Counted from the first letter of the stretch, positions 36,653 through 45,227 are shown. The stretch is DNA of 46,171 bases from an uncultured Lachnospiraceae bacterium (GCA_946630825.1 CAMOZG010000001.1:1-46171), one strand, 5' to 3'. Notes: a model not told the origin generated them from the sequence alone. Made by a program: numbers and translations.

Positions 36653-38568
36653 GATACCACCACGCCTCTGCAGTAATCCAAAAAGCTGTCTATAGGCAGG
36701 GGCTTTGAATAGTAGTAGCCCTGGAAAAACTCAACTCCCAGCCTGCTAAGCTCCGACTTCTGTGCCTCTGTCTCCACTCCCTCACAGACTATGGGTATGG
36801 ACAGACCGTGAACCATGTTTACAATATTTTCCATCAGCCCTCTGGCATCCTCGTCATTGTCCGCATTCCAGAGTATGGACTTATCCATCTTGATGATGGA
36901 AAATTTCATCTCATAAAGTGATGCTATATTGGACACCCCTGTGCCGTAGTCATCCAGGGAAAAGGAAAAGCCTGCCTCCTTAAGCTTTTGGATGGTGGCA
37001 CGGAAGATATCCGCACTTTTTTCAGCAGTGGACTCGGTTATTTCCAGATTGATCTGGGAAGGACGGATGTGCCAGGAATCCATGACCTTGATAAAGTCCT
37101 GATCTAAGTCCTGCTTCATGCACTGTACCGGCGATACATTGACCTCCACGAAATCTATACCTGCCTCAGCCATGCTGCCGTCTGACAGATCCCTGCACAC
37201 CTTTTCAAACACCTGGTATCCCACATCTATGACCATTCCATTGGACTCTGCCACGGCTATGAATTCATCCGGGGGAATAAATCCCATCTGCTCGTCAAAT
37301 ATCCTGGCAAGCGCCTCTGCACTGTGGATACGTCCTGCGGTATTGTCGTATATGGGCTGGTAGTAAACCTGAATGGTCTTGTCCCGGACAGCTCTTTTGA
37401 TAGCCTCCTCCACAGCCACTCTTCTTTTTACCACATCAAAATCATCACCCCTGTAAATGGTGGTATCTGTCACCACATTGTCTGTCTTGGTATTGGTAAT
37501 TGCCATGATCTCTTCATAATCCGCAGCCTCATCCGGCACATGGATGGCAAAAATCTCCACCTCCACATCCAGACCTTTGCCCATACCTGCAGCGGCACCT
37601 GAGACAAAGCCCTCCTTTATGCTTTCTGCCACATCAATGGTATCGCTGCTTTCCACTGTAAGAAGTGCAAAAACTCCGTGTCTGATGTGATAGCAGTAAT
37701 GCTTTTTCATAAAGCCTGCCTGTCTCATCCAATTTGCAATATTTTCCTCCAGCTCCGTCATACCCGGATTTCCCAGAGTGCTTTCCACATCCTCTACATT
37801 TATTATGCGGAAGGTGACAACTCCGAATCTGGCGCCTGCATTTATAAGCCTGTAAAGATCAGCCTCAAAGACCTCTCTGTGATAAAGACCGGTTTTGTTA
37901 TCACGAAGCTCCTCCGTGCTTTCCACCGTGGATATGATACCTATTAGACCCACAGCCTCAAAGAAGGACTCCACCACCATAGAAGGCTCCGCCATCTGGA
38001 TAAGGACTCCCGTGATACATAAGAGCATAAAAAGCGTAAGCCCCAGCACACGTTTTTTCCCAATGGATTTTCTGAAGGCAAGAACTGTTAAAAAGGCTCC
38101 TAAAACATATACAAGGGCTATGATGTACTCCAGCCATATACCATCTCCCCTGTGGTACACTCCCAGCGCATCCACCCTAAAGCACCAGTTGGTCCAGGGA
38201 TTTGCCGTCAGGACTGCCCCGAAGGCAACACAAGGCAGGGAAAGTATCCATTTTTTCCGTACAGATACCTTATTCCACAAACCGGAAATTTCTATGGCAA
38301 AAAGTACAAAAAGATAGGGCAGCATACAGTGCAGATAATGGTATATCATATTCATGATAAAGGTCATGGTGATATTGCGCTGCACTCCCATAAAGGTAAA
38401 CACCTGATAATCCCCGAGAAGTGATGCTAAGGTGCTTATTAAAAGATTGAGGATGACCACAAAGATTATCTTGTTTTTGCGACGCAAAAAGCCCTTGCCT
38501 CTCATAATGAAAAGGCAAAGCAAAAATACCGAAGATGCCGCTATATAATAGTGAAAAATACTATTCAT
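36649..38568 (-). CDS. membrane-bound c-di-GMP phosphodiesterase (multi-TM sensor, degenerate GGDEF, EAL)
   Basis: 639 aa with about 6 N-terminal TM helices. The GGDEF-domain position reads IRHGVFALL, so the GG(D/E)EF motif is lost. The EAL domain is intact (QPIYD, EALARI, EITES, LDDYGTG, KMDKS, EGVETE, QGYYYSKP). ATGA overlap with the yqeG start. Confidence 0.85.
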   Translation of the reverse strand: MNSIFHYYIAASSVFLLCLFIMRGKGFLRRKNKIIFVVILNLLISTLASLLGDYQVFTFMGVQRNITMTFIMNMIYHYLHCMLPYLFVLFAIEISGLWNKVSVRKKWILSLPCVAFGAVLTANPWTNWCFRVDALGVYHRGDGIWLEYIIALVYVLGAFLTVLAFRKSIGKKRVLGLTLFMLLCITGVLIQMAEPSMVVESFFEAVGLIGIISTVESTEELRDNKTGLYHREVFEADLYRLINAGARFGVVTFRIINVEDVESTLGNPGMTELEENIANWMRQAGFMKKHYCYHIRHGVFALLTVESSDTIDVAESIKEGFVSGAAAGMGKGLDVEVEIFAIHVPDEAADYEEIMAITNTKTDNVVTDTTIYRGDDFDVVKRRVAVEEAIKRAVRDKTIQVYYQPIYDNTAGRIHSAEALARIFDEQMGFIPPDEFIAVAESNGMVIDVGYQVFEKVCRDLSDGSMAEAGIDFVEVNVSPVQCMKQDLDQDFIKVMDSWHIRPSQINLEITESTAEKSADIFRATIQKLKEAGFSFSLDDYGTGVSNIASLYEMKFSIIKMDKSILWNADNDEDARGLMENIVNMVHGLSIPIVCEGVETEAQKSELSRLGVEFFQGYYYSKPLPIDSFLDYCRGVVVS

Positions 38569-38762
38569 ATCATGATATACTAAGTTTCTGTCAGTGACTC
38601 AGATCCTTAGATGCCTCTCTTAAGAATCGTTGTAAATCCTTTGAAAGTATTATATACCATAAGCATATAAAAATAAAGATTTCTTTTAGAGGGAGTCTGT
38701 GATAAAATGGTCGGAAATGTGAATTACAATGATGGCATTTACCAATAAAAAGGAGCAGCAAA

Positions 38763-39815
38763 ATGAAAAAGAAAATATTGACCGCATTGATCTTAGCATG
38801 CATGACAATGACCCTTTGGGGCTGTAAGGATAAGGCAGACACAGACACAAAAAGTGACACCTCCGACACCGAAGCCGGAGCCACTGAGGATGTGGATGTA
38901 AATTACACCCCCTCCGACTATGTCACCTTAGGAGATTATATCGGAGTGGATGTGGAGCTTACGGAGAAATTTGACACCAGTGACGAAGCCTTTTACAAGT
39001 TCGTGGATCAGGCTCTTTTGGAAGGTGCCAGCTACGAAAAGGATCCTGATGCCACCGAGGTCAAGGAGGACTCCATAGTAAATCTTGACTATATGGGTCT
39101 CAAGGACGGAGAAGCCTTTGAAGGAGGTACCGCCAAGGATCAGACCATTGATGTGGCAGGGAACTGCTCCGTAAATGGCAGCGGATATATAGAGGGCTTT
39201 ACCTCGGGCCTTGTAGGTGCCAAGGTGGGGGAGACCATTGACTGTGATGTAACCTTCCCCGAAAACTACGGTTCCGCCGAGCTTGCCGGTCAGCAGGTGG
39301 TATTCAGATTCACCATCAACTACATCTGCAAGCCTGCCATCACCCATGACGATCTTACGGATGACTATGTAAAGGAAAACTTAGGAGCGGACTCGGTGGA
39401 GGCTTATTTAAAGAACCAGCGAAAAGACTTTGAAGCCCAGGTGGAATCCCAAAAGGAAGAAGCCGTAAAGAATGCCCTTATAGACACTGTAGTGGCAAAC
39501 TGCACCGTAGAAAACTATCCTGAGGATGTGGTGGAAAACCGCCTTGCCTACTATTTGGAATCCTATAAAAGCTACACCGAAGATGGTGACGTGGACAAAT
39601 ACATCCAGGAAAACTTAGGGGTAACTCCTGACGAATTTAAAGAGACCATCCGTGCCCAGATAAAGGACAGCATGACCTCGGAGATGGTCTTTGCAGCCAT
39701 TGCGGATGCCGAGGGCATAACCTCTGATGTGGAGGGTGAATACGACAACTATATAGACCGCTGCCACCAGGCAGTGGATCTGTGCTATGAAAAAATGGGC
39801 AAGGTGATCGAATAG
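38763..39815 (+). CDS. lipoprotein with trigger-factor-type FKBP PPIase and trigger-factor C-terminal domains
   Basis: 350 aa. Signal peptide plus lipobox (LILACMTMTLWG|C). VNLDYMGLKDGEAFEGGTAKD...GFTSGLVGAKVGETIDCDVTFPENYGSAELAGQQVVFRFTI closely parallels the Tig PPIase domain. A TF-C-like helical arm follows. The ribosome-binding N-domain is absent. AAAAGGAG lies upstream of the ATG. Confidence 0.75.
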   Translation: MKKKILTALILACMTMTLWGCKDKADTDTKSDTSDTEAGATEDVDVNYTPSDYVTLGDYIGVDVELTEKFDTSDEAFYKFVDQALLEGASYEKDPDATEVKEDSIVNLDYMGLKDGEAFEGGTAKDQTIDVAGNCSVNGSGYIEGFTSGLVGAKVGETIDCDVTFPENYGSAELAGQQVVFRFTINYICKPAITHDDLTDDYVKENLGADSVEAYLKNQRKDFEAQVESQKEEAVKNALIDTVVANCTVENYPEDVVENRLAYYLESYKSYTEDGDVDKYIQENLGVTPDEFKETIRAQIKDSMTSEMVFAAIADAEGITSDVEGEYDNYIDRCHQAVDLCYEKMGKVIE

Positions 39816-39820
39816 GGATG

Positions 39821-41194
39821 CTATTTTTTCAAAAAGGATCTGCAGCTTAAGGTACCCAAAAGAAGCTCGGTACCATTTAAGTTTTCATTGGCAGGTATGA
39901 TCCTCTCGCCGGTGATCTCATCCTCAATATAGAACCAGACCTTATAGTCGGTATTTTCAAGACCTTTTGTAACAGGCACATCCACCGACCGGGTCTCATC
40001 AGCCATAAGAGTTGTAAAGTCGGTAGGGACTTCCAAAAGGATATCCCCACCGGCTTTTTTTCCTGTGGGTTCAAGTCTGATATATCCTTTGAAAGGTCTG
40101 TAGGCTGGAGCAAAGCCTTTGTTTTTAAGTGTCACCCGCATACTGATATCCGCAGAGGTAAGAGAGCTGTCTATCAGCGCATCAGAAAATGAGATGAAAT
40201 ACCTGTAGCCCAGATGATTTTCTATATACTCATATCCGCTTTTCCCCCTCCATATGGGATCGGTAAGCTCCTTTTGATTTTTCCATTTGTTTAAGACCGC
40301 CGGGTCATACTCGCTGTTGAGATAGGATATATGAAGCTTTTTCAGATCCAGTCTGGCATTTTCATAGTCATTGTATTCATTGTCCACCACTACCTCACCG
40401 CCGTTTGGTACATGGGCACACAAAACCTCCTGGAAGTTGTACTCATCACTTCTGGGACGGATGGTATATGAGCCCAGATCATCCTCGGAGCCAAATAGAC
40501 CGTCATTAAAAAGTCCAAGCCTGGAGGTGATGCCCCGGTTCGTGGAGGGGTCGTCGGATTTTGTGATCAGCCGCCACTGCCAGGGAGTCCTTACCGCAAG
40601 AAAAATATCAGGATCTATCTGGGAGTACATGGTATCCATCAGCATGGAGATATTTTCTTCATTCAAAAGATTGGAGTCATGCATCTCACCGTAGTCTCCG
40701 ATCAGGATCCCCTGCAGTGTAAATACACAGCTTACATGCCGGTTTATGATAGGAGCTGCGGCAATGATATGGTCCCTTACGATCTCCACACTCTTTGGCT
40801 CCACCTTTTTAGCCTCTCCCTTTTGGTCGTATAAAAGTCGGAGGATCACCCCGCGATCACCGGCATCAAAAACAGACAGCACATCATTAAGCTGGGTAAG
40901 TGCCGTCTCGCTTAATTCTCCCTCGGCGTAGTTTTCAAGATTTACCTCCAAAAGGCACAATCTGTATCCGTCACCCAAAAGCTCCTCTGCCACCTCCGAT
41001 ACAGGGGTGGGATCCGTATCCGAAAGAGTATAGCTGTATATGCGATACATCCCTTCATAGGGGTTATTCAGTATGGCGGCACTTTCCTTTTGATCCTGGG
41101 GAGTGTAGGTATAAACCGGTCTCACTCCGAAGATATACAGACCTCCCAAAAAGATCAGTGCCACGACTATTAAAAATGGAATTACTTTCTTCAT
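39821..41194 (-). CDS. membrane-anchored protein, DUF4874/DUF4832-like (possible glycoside-hydrolase-like TIM barrel)
   Basis: N-terminal anchor MKKVIPFLIVVALIFLGGLYIF. The motifs NPYEGMY, GEMH, HISYLN and HLGYRY recall the DUF4874+DUF4832 architecture from memory. I prefer the ATG at 41194. The ORF-track start at 41230 is a TTG with no obvious Shine-Dalgarno sequence. Confidence 0.5.
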   Translation of the reverse strand: MKKVIPFLIVVALIFLGGLYIFGVRPVYTYTPQDQKESAAILNNPYEGMYRIYSYTLSDTDPTPVSEVAEELLGDGYRLCLLEVNLENYAEGELSETALTQLNDVLSVFDAGDRGVILRLLYDQKGEAKKVEPKSVEIVRDHIIAAAPIINRHVSCVFTLQGILIGDYGEMHDSNLLNEENISMLMDTMYSQIDPDIFLAVRTPWQWRLITKSDDPSTNRGITSRLGLFNDGLFGSEDDLGSYTIRPRSDEYNFQEVLCAHVPNGGEVVVDNEYNDYENARLDLKKLHISYLNSEYDPAVLNKWKNQKELTDPIWRGKSGYEYIENHLGYRYFISFSDALIDSSLTSADISMRVTLKNKGFAPAYRPFKGYIRLEPTGKKAGGDILLEVPTDFTTLMADETRSVDVPVTKGLENTDYKVWFYIEDEITGERIIPANENLNGTELLLGTLSCRSFLKK

Positions 41195-41315
41195 GCTCTG
41201 TATTTTACCACCATCAAACTCAATCGGCAACCGGCATTGCTTTTTGCCTGCTTTAATGATATAGTATCAAAGTCGGTTTTGCGATATATAATAAGACTAA
41301 AGCGGAGGATGATCC

Positions 41316-41798
41316 ATGTTTTTATTACAGATACCCACATTTACACTGGTGCTTCTGATAATCACCGCCATTGTGCTGGTGCTCACCATTGTTTTTTATT
41401 TCCTTGGAAAAAAAGCCGAAAAGAGAAAGGCTGAACAGGACGAACAGGTCAAGGCAATGTCCCAGACCGTTTCCATGCTTATCATTGACAAAAAGAGGAT
41501 GAAGCTTAAGGATGCATCCCTGCCGGATGCGGTGGTAAATTCCATGCCCTGGTATGCAAAGGGCTCCAAGATGCCCATAGTAAAGGCAAAGGTAGGTCCA
41601 AAGGTAATGACCTTCATCTGCGACTTTGATGTGTTTGATCAGGTGCCTGTTAAAAAAGAGGTAAAGGCACAGGTAAGCGGACTTTATATCACCGGAGTAA
41701 AGGGACTCCATGGCAACAAGGCTCCTCAGGATGAGGCTCCCAAAAAGGGCATCCGTGCCTGGCTTCAGAGACAGGCTAAAAAGATGAATCAAGCATAG
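41316..41798 (+). CDS. hypothetical single-pass membrane protein (160 aa)
   Basis: GGAGG lies 7 nt upstream of the ATG. N-terminal TM helix (FTLVLLIITAIVLVLTIVFYFL), then a Lys-rich soluble region. The fully overlapping minus-strand ORF (41325..41792) has a non-protein-like composition. Confidence 0.55.
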   Translation: MFLLQIPTFTLVLLIITAIVLVLTIVFYFLGKKAEKRKAEQDEQVKAMSQTVSMLIIDKKRMKLKDASLPDAVVNSMPWYAKGSKMPIVKAKVGPKVMTFICDFDVFDQVPVKKEVKAQVSGLYITGVKGLHGNKAPQDEAPKKGIRAWLQRQAKKMNQA

Positions 41799-41799
41799 G

Positions 41800-42213
41800 T
41801 TAGGCGTAGGTTATGTCATAGTCCACATGGTTATGACTTACCAGTGAACCATCTGCATACAGATCATAAGCCAGGGCCACCGAAAGGTGGTCCTCATATA
41901 TGCCCACAGCCACTCTGGTGGTACGCACTAAAAAGTTGAATTTCCCAAGTCTGGTCTCCATTTCAAACAAGTGTGACTCTCCGGGGGCAAAGTCCATCTC
42001 AGAAGAGACTGCACCGCTGCGCCTTACTTTTACCCGCCGGGGTTTGATCTCCATGGTATCTATGGTGTCGGATTCAAAGTCCCTGTATTTTACGATCTGT
42101 ACCCCGTCTCTTTCATACCACTTCCCTTCACACAGGCGGTCCTGCTTTTCGCTATGGACTCCCATGGACTGGGTGGCTGCCATTTTTACGGTTACATCCA
42201 CACTATTTATCAT
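41800..42213 (-). CDS. DUF1934-family beta-barrel protein
   Basis: 137 aa. The pattern EGKWYERDG..IVKY.....T.T.EIK...V.V.R.G.....M.F..G matches my recollection of DUF1934/YwiB-like proteins. It overlaps the GntR-family gene stop by 11 nt. Confidence 0.55.
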   Translation of the reverse strand: MINSVDVTVKMAATQSMGVHSEKQDRLCEGKWYERDGVQIVKYRDFESDTIDTMEIKPRRVKVRRSGAVSSEMDFAPGESHLFEMETRLGKFNFLVRTTRVAVGIYEDHLSVALAYDLYADGSLVSHNHVDYDITYA

Positions 42214-42892
42214 AGCTTCTAATTATGCTTCTGACTGCATCTATCTGATTCTGCAGATGGGTGTGCATTATCTTTTTCACAAAGTGCACGTCCCCTCTCT
42301 TTAAGCCATCCACGATACTCTGGTGCTCGTCTATAAGCTTGTCGTAGTTTTTTTCTTCTCTCACATATTCAAATCTGAATCTGTACATCTGCTCTTTTAG
42401 ATTATCCACTATGGATAAGAGCCTCGGATTATCAGCCGCCTCATAAATGATCCTGTGAAAAGCCTCATCAGCCTCAACTATGGTCTTGGTATCCTCCTCA
42501 CTCACGGCTTTTTTAAATTCATCCATGGCACCCCGAAGCCGGGCTGTGATCTCGTCATTTATATTTTTGCATGCCTTTTCCACCGCCAGCTCATCTAAGA
42601 CCTTGCGGACCTCAAGCACATCCGACAGATCCTTTTCCGTCATCCGGGCCACCTGGGCTCCCCGTCTGGGAATGGTCAAAGCCAGACCCTCCCGCTCCAG
42701 CATCTTTATAGCCTCCCTTACAGGAGTGCGGCTTACCCCCAGCTTGTCCGCCAGATGGATCTCCATCAGCCGGTCCCCCGGCTTTAATTCCCCCTTTAAT
42801 ATCAGATCCCTGAGGGTACAAAAAACCTCGTCCCTAAGTGGCAGATATGATTGTGTGTCCAGTGAAAATCCCTTATCCATACCCTTCTCCAA
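42203..42892 (-). CDS. GntR-family transcriptional regulator (FadR/FCD subfamily)
   Basis: 229 aa. Winged-HTH region LKPGDRLMEIHLADKLGVSRTPVREAIKMLEREGL plus an all-helical FCD-type C-terminal domain (EHQSIVDGLKRGD). Confidence 0.88.
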   Translation of the reverse strand: MEKGMDKGFSLDTQSYLPLRDEVFCTLRDLILKGELKPGDRLMEIHLADKLGVSRTPVREAIKMLEREGLALTIPRRGAQVARMTEKDLSDVLEVRKVLDELAVEKACKNINDEITARLRGAMDEFKKAVSEEDTKTIVEADEAFHRIIYEAADNPRLLSIVDNLKEQMYRFRFEYVREEKNYDKLIDEHQSIVDGLKRGDVHFVKKIMHTHLQNQIDAVRSIIRSYDK

Positions 42893-42898
42893 TCCTTG

Positions 42899-43765
42899 CT
42901 ACATCATCCCCGGTACCGGTTCGGTGATCTCCAAAAAGGAGCATATCCCCATTTTTTCTATATTCCTCTTACAGTCCTCAGCCATGTCTAAATCGGCAAA
43001 AAGCCCAAACACCGTAGGTCCGCTTCCTGTCATAAGTGCCCCATAAGCCCCCATGTCCGTCATGACTTCCTTAAGCTTTGCTATTTCACCCACCTCTGAC
43101 ATGGTAACATTTTCCAATACATTGCCCAGGCTTTTCCCCAGGGCTTTATTATCCCCTGACTCTATGGCATCCATTAGCGCATCTATGTCAGGATGGACAT
43201 AATCTCCTATTGAGTCAAGCCGTCCGTATATGCCTGCGGTGGATACTGCCCTGTCCGGCTTGGCTATTAAAATGGAAAGCTTTGCCATGGGAGAAATTGG
43301 GGTGATGATCTCACCTATACCCTCACAAAGTGCCGTCCCACCCTCTATGCAAAAGGGTACGTCCGCCCCGACAGATACTCCCAGCGCCCTAAGCGCTGCA
43401 TTGTCATATCCCAGCTCATATATGCTGTTTAACCCCACAAGCACGGCGGCGGCATCTGTACTGCCCCCTGCCATCCCTGCAGCCACGGGATTGTTTTTTA
43501 TAAGCCTTATGTCTGCCCCAAGCCTCTTTTTTGCTTTGGCACTTATTATCTCTGCCGCCTTTACACAGAGATTATCCCCTGTTTCAAGAGCCGGATCTGA
43601 ACAGGTAAAAACTATCCTGTCGTCATCCCGCTTTTTGATCCTTAGGATATCGTGTATCCCCACCGACTGCATGACCATCCTGACCAGATGGTATCCATCC
43701 TCACGGAGGCCCGTCACATCCAGTCCAAGGTTGATCTTGGCATAGGCTTTAAGCTCAATCTCCAC
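42899..43765 (-). CDS. ispE: 4-diphosphocytidyl-2-C-methyl-D-erythritol kinase
   Basis: 288 aa. AYAKINLGLDVTG...DGYH and GHMP-kinase motif PVAAGMAGGSTDAAAVL. Confidence 0.93.
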   Translation of the reverse strand: MEIELKAYAKINLGLDVTGLREDGYHLVRMVMQSVGIHDILRIKKRDDDRIVFTCSDPALETGDNLCVKAAEIISAKAKKRLGADIRLIKNNPVAAGMAGGSTDAAAVLVGLNSIYELGYDNAALRALGVSVGADVPFCIEGGTALCEGIGEIITPISPMAKLSILIAKPDRAVSTAGIYGRLDSIGDYVHPDIDALMDAIESGDNKALGKSLGNVLENVTMSEVGEIAKLKEVMTDMGAYGALMTGSGPTVFGLFADLDMAEDCKRNIEKMGICSFLEITEPVPGMM

Positions 43766-44408
43766 CTGACTTTGCCTCCATTATTGCTTCGTTTAGTGAA
43801 AGCATCTTGGCATCCAGCATTGATACTATGCCGGAGCACTCCCGCAGGTCCTTGCTGATATAATCCGGTGCATTGCCCTCAAACTTATAGTATATCTTGT
43901 GCTCTAAGGACGCCCAGAAGTCCATGGCAATGGTGCGGATCTGCACCTCCACCTTTGTGTCCACCACCTTGTCGGACAAAAATATGGGCAGAGTCACCAG
44001 CATATGGTAGCTCTTATATCCGCTCTCCTTGGGATTTCTCATATAGTCCTTTATGGAGATGACTGTAATGTCATTTTGCCTGCCTATCATATCCGCCATG
44101 CGGTAGATATCGGATGTAAAGGAGCACACTATCCTCATGCCCGCAATGTCATTGCAATAGGTGACCATATTTTCAATACTGTCCTCATAGCCGTAGCGAT
44201 CCAGCTTTTTAACTATGCTCTCCGGGCTTTTGACCCTGGATTTTACATACTCTATGGGATTGTACTGGTGGGTCTGCTTGAATTCTTCATTGAGGATCTG
44301 TATTTTTGTGTCCAGCTCCTTGATAGCCGCCCTGTACAAAAGCATGACGGAGTTCCATGTGTCTATACCCTCTCCGTCACATTTTTTAATAAATTCAACC
44401 TGATCCAT
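43755..44408 (-). CDS. small alarmone synthetase (RelQ/RelP-type GTP pyrophosphokinase)
   Basis: 217 aa, single RelA/SpoT synthetase domain: SRVKSPESIVKK, DIAGMRIVC, SGYKSYHMLV, EVQIRTIAMDFWASLEHK. There is no hydrolase or regulatory domain. Confidence 0.88.
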   Translation of the reverse strand: MDQVEFIKKCDGEGIDTWNSVMLLYRAAIKELDTKIQILNEEFKQTHQYNPIEYVKSRVKSPESIVKKLDRYGYEDSIENMVTYCNDIAGMRIVCSFTSDIYRMADMIGRQNDITVISIKDYMRNPKESGYKSYHMLVTLPIFLSDKVVDTKVEVQIRTIAMDFWASLEHKIYYKFEGNAPDYISKDLRECSGIVSMLDAKMLSLNEAIMEAKSGGD

Positions 44409-44417
44409 AGGATGCTT

Positions 44418-45227
44418 TTACCTCCGCTGTCTGGTACCCTCATATAAAAGTATACCGCATGCCATGGCTGCATTTAAAGATTCCACCTGTCCCTTCATGG
44501 GAATGGTGATCCGCTTATCCGCCATAGCCGATACCTCAGGGGAAAGTCCGCTCCCCTCATTTCCTATCAAAATACCGGTGGGCACCCTCATGTCCGCCTC
44601 GTAATACATATCACTGCCTTCGGGATGTGCCGCAAGAAAGCTTACTCCCTTGCTTTTAAGGATACCTATGTCCCGGGGCAGATCCTCCGACACATAAAAA
44701 GGCACCCTGTAAAGGCTTCCCATGGTGGACCTGACCACCTTGGGAGAAAATATATCCACACAGTCCCGGGACATGATGATCCCTGTCACTCCTGCTCCCT
44801 CACCGGTCCTGAATATGGTTCCCATATTCCCCGGATCCTGCAGTCTGTCCAATGCCACCACAAATGCACTGTCTCCCAAAAGCTCATCCATTTCGTAGGA
44901 GGGGCTTTTGACCACCGCCAAAATCCCCTGGGGAGTTACCGTATCACTGAGGGACTTCATGACCCCATCCGATACCACCGAAACAGGGGTAGTGCCGGGT
45001 TTTTCATCTTCCAATGAAAGCCCCTGCCTGCGGCAGTAGTCCAAAAAACGCTCATCCTCTAAAAAGCTCTGGGAAACATATATCTCCTGCAAAAGCTCCC
45101 CGGGAGTTTCAAAGACCATTCTGGGACCTTCAGCGATAAAAAAGCCGGTTTCCTTGCGTAACCGGCTTTTCTTCGTCAGTGCAGATATTTTTTTGATCCT
45201 GGGATTTGAACTGCTCTCTATGATCAT
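44418..45227 (-). CDS. TrmH/SpoU-family RNA 2'-O-methyltransferase (RlmB-like)
   Basis: SPOUT motifs LDRLQDPGNMGTIFRTGEGAG, IGNEGSGLS, IPMKGQVESLNAAMACGILLYE. The start is set at 45227, forming an ATGA overlap with the pfkA stop. The ORF-track start is 45248. Confidence 0.85.
   Translation of the reverse strand: MIIESSSNPRIKKISALTKKSRLRKETGFFIAEGPRMVFETPGELLQEIYVSQSFLEDERFLDYCRRQGLSLEDEKPGTTPVSVVSDGVMKSLSDTVTPQGILAVVKSPSYEMDELLGDSAFVVALDRLQDPGNMGTIFRTGEGAGVTGIIMSRDCVDIFSPKVVRSTMGSLYRVPFYVSEDLPRDIGILKSKGVSFLAAHPEGSDMYYEADMRVPTGILIGNEGSGLSPEVSAMADKRITIPMKGQVESLNAAMACGILLYEGTRQRR

Noticed and set aside
38569-38762. Possible small ORFs in the 194-nt divergent intergenic region. One is a 13-codon ORF (MVGNVNYNDGIYQ) upstream of the lipoprotein gene; another has 19 codons.
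   Set aside because: They are very short, have poor or mis-spaced ribosome-binding sites, and carry no recognisable leader-peptide logic. The region is more simply a pair of divergent AT-rich promoters, which I could not pin down confidently.
38591-38884. 97-aa minus-strand ORF spanning the divergent intergenic region and the 5' end of the lipoprotein gene.
   Set aside because: It runs through an AT-rich promoter region and overlaps the well-supported plus-strand lipoprotein start (signal peptide, lipobox, ribosome-binding site). It has no ribosome-binding site of its own and a hydrophobic, junk-like sequence.
41325-41792. 155-aa minus-strand ORF that would keep the all-minus gene orientation between DUF1934 and the DUF4832-like gene.
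   Set aside because: The mirror plus-strand ORF (41316..41798) has a GGAGG ribosome-binding site at 7 nt, a clean TM helix and a plausible charged domain. The minus-strand translation is rich in Leu, His and Cys and looks non-protein-like. The strand choice still deserves an expression check.
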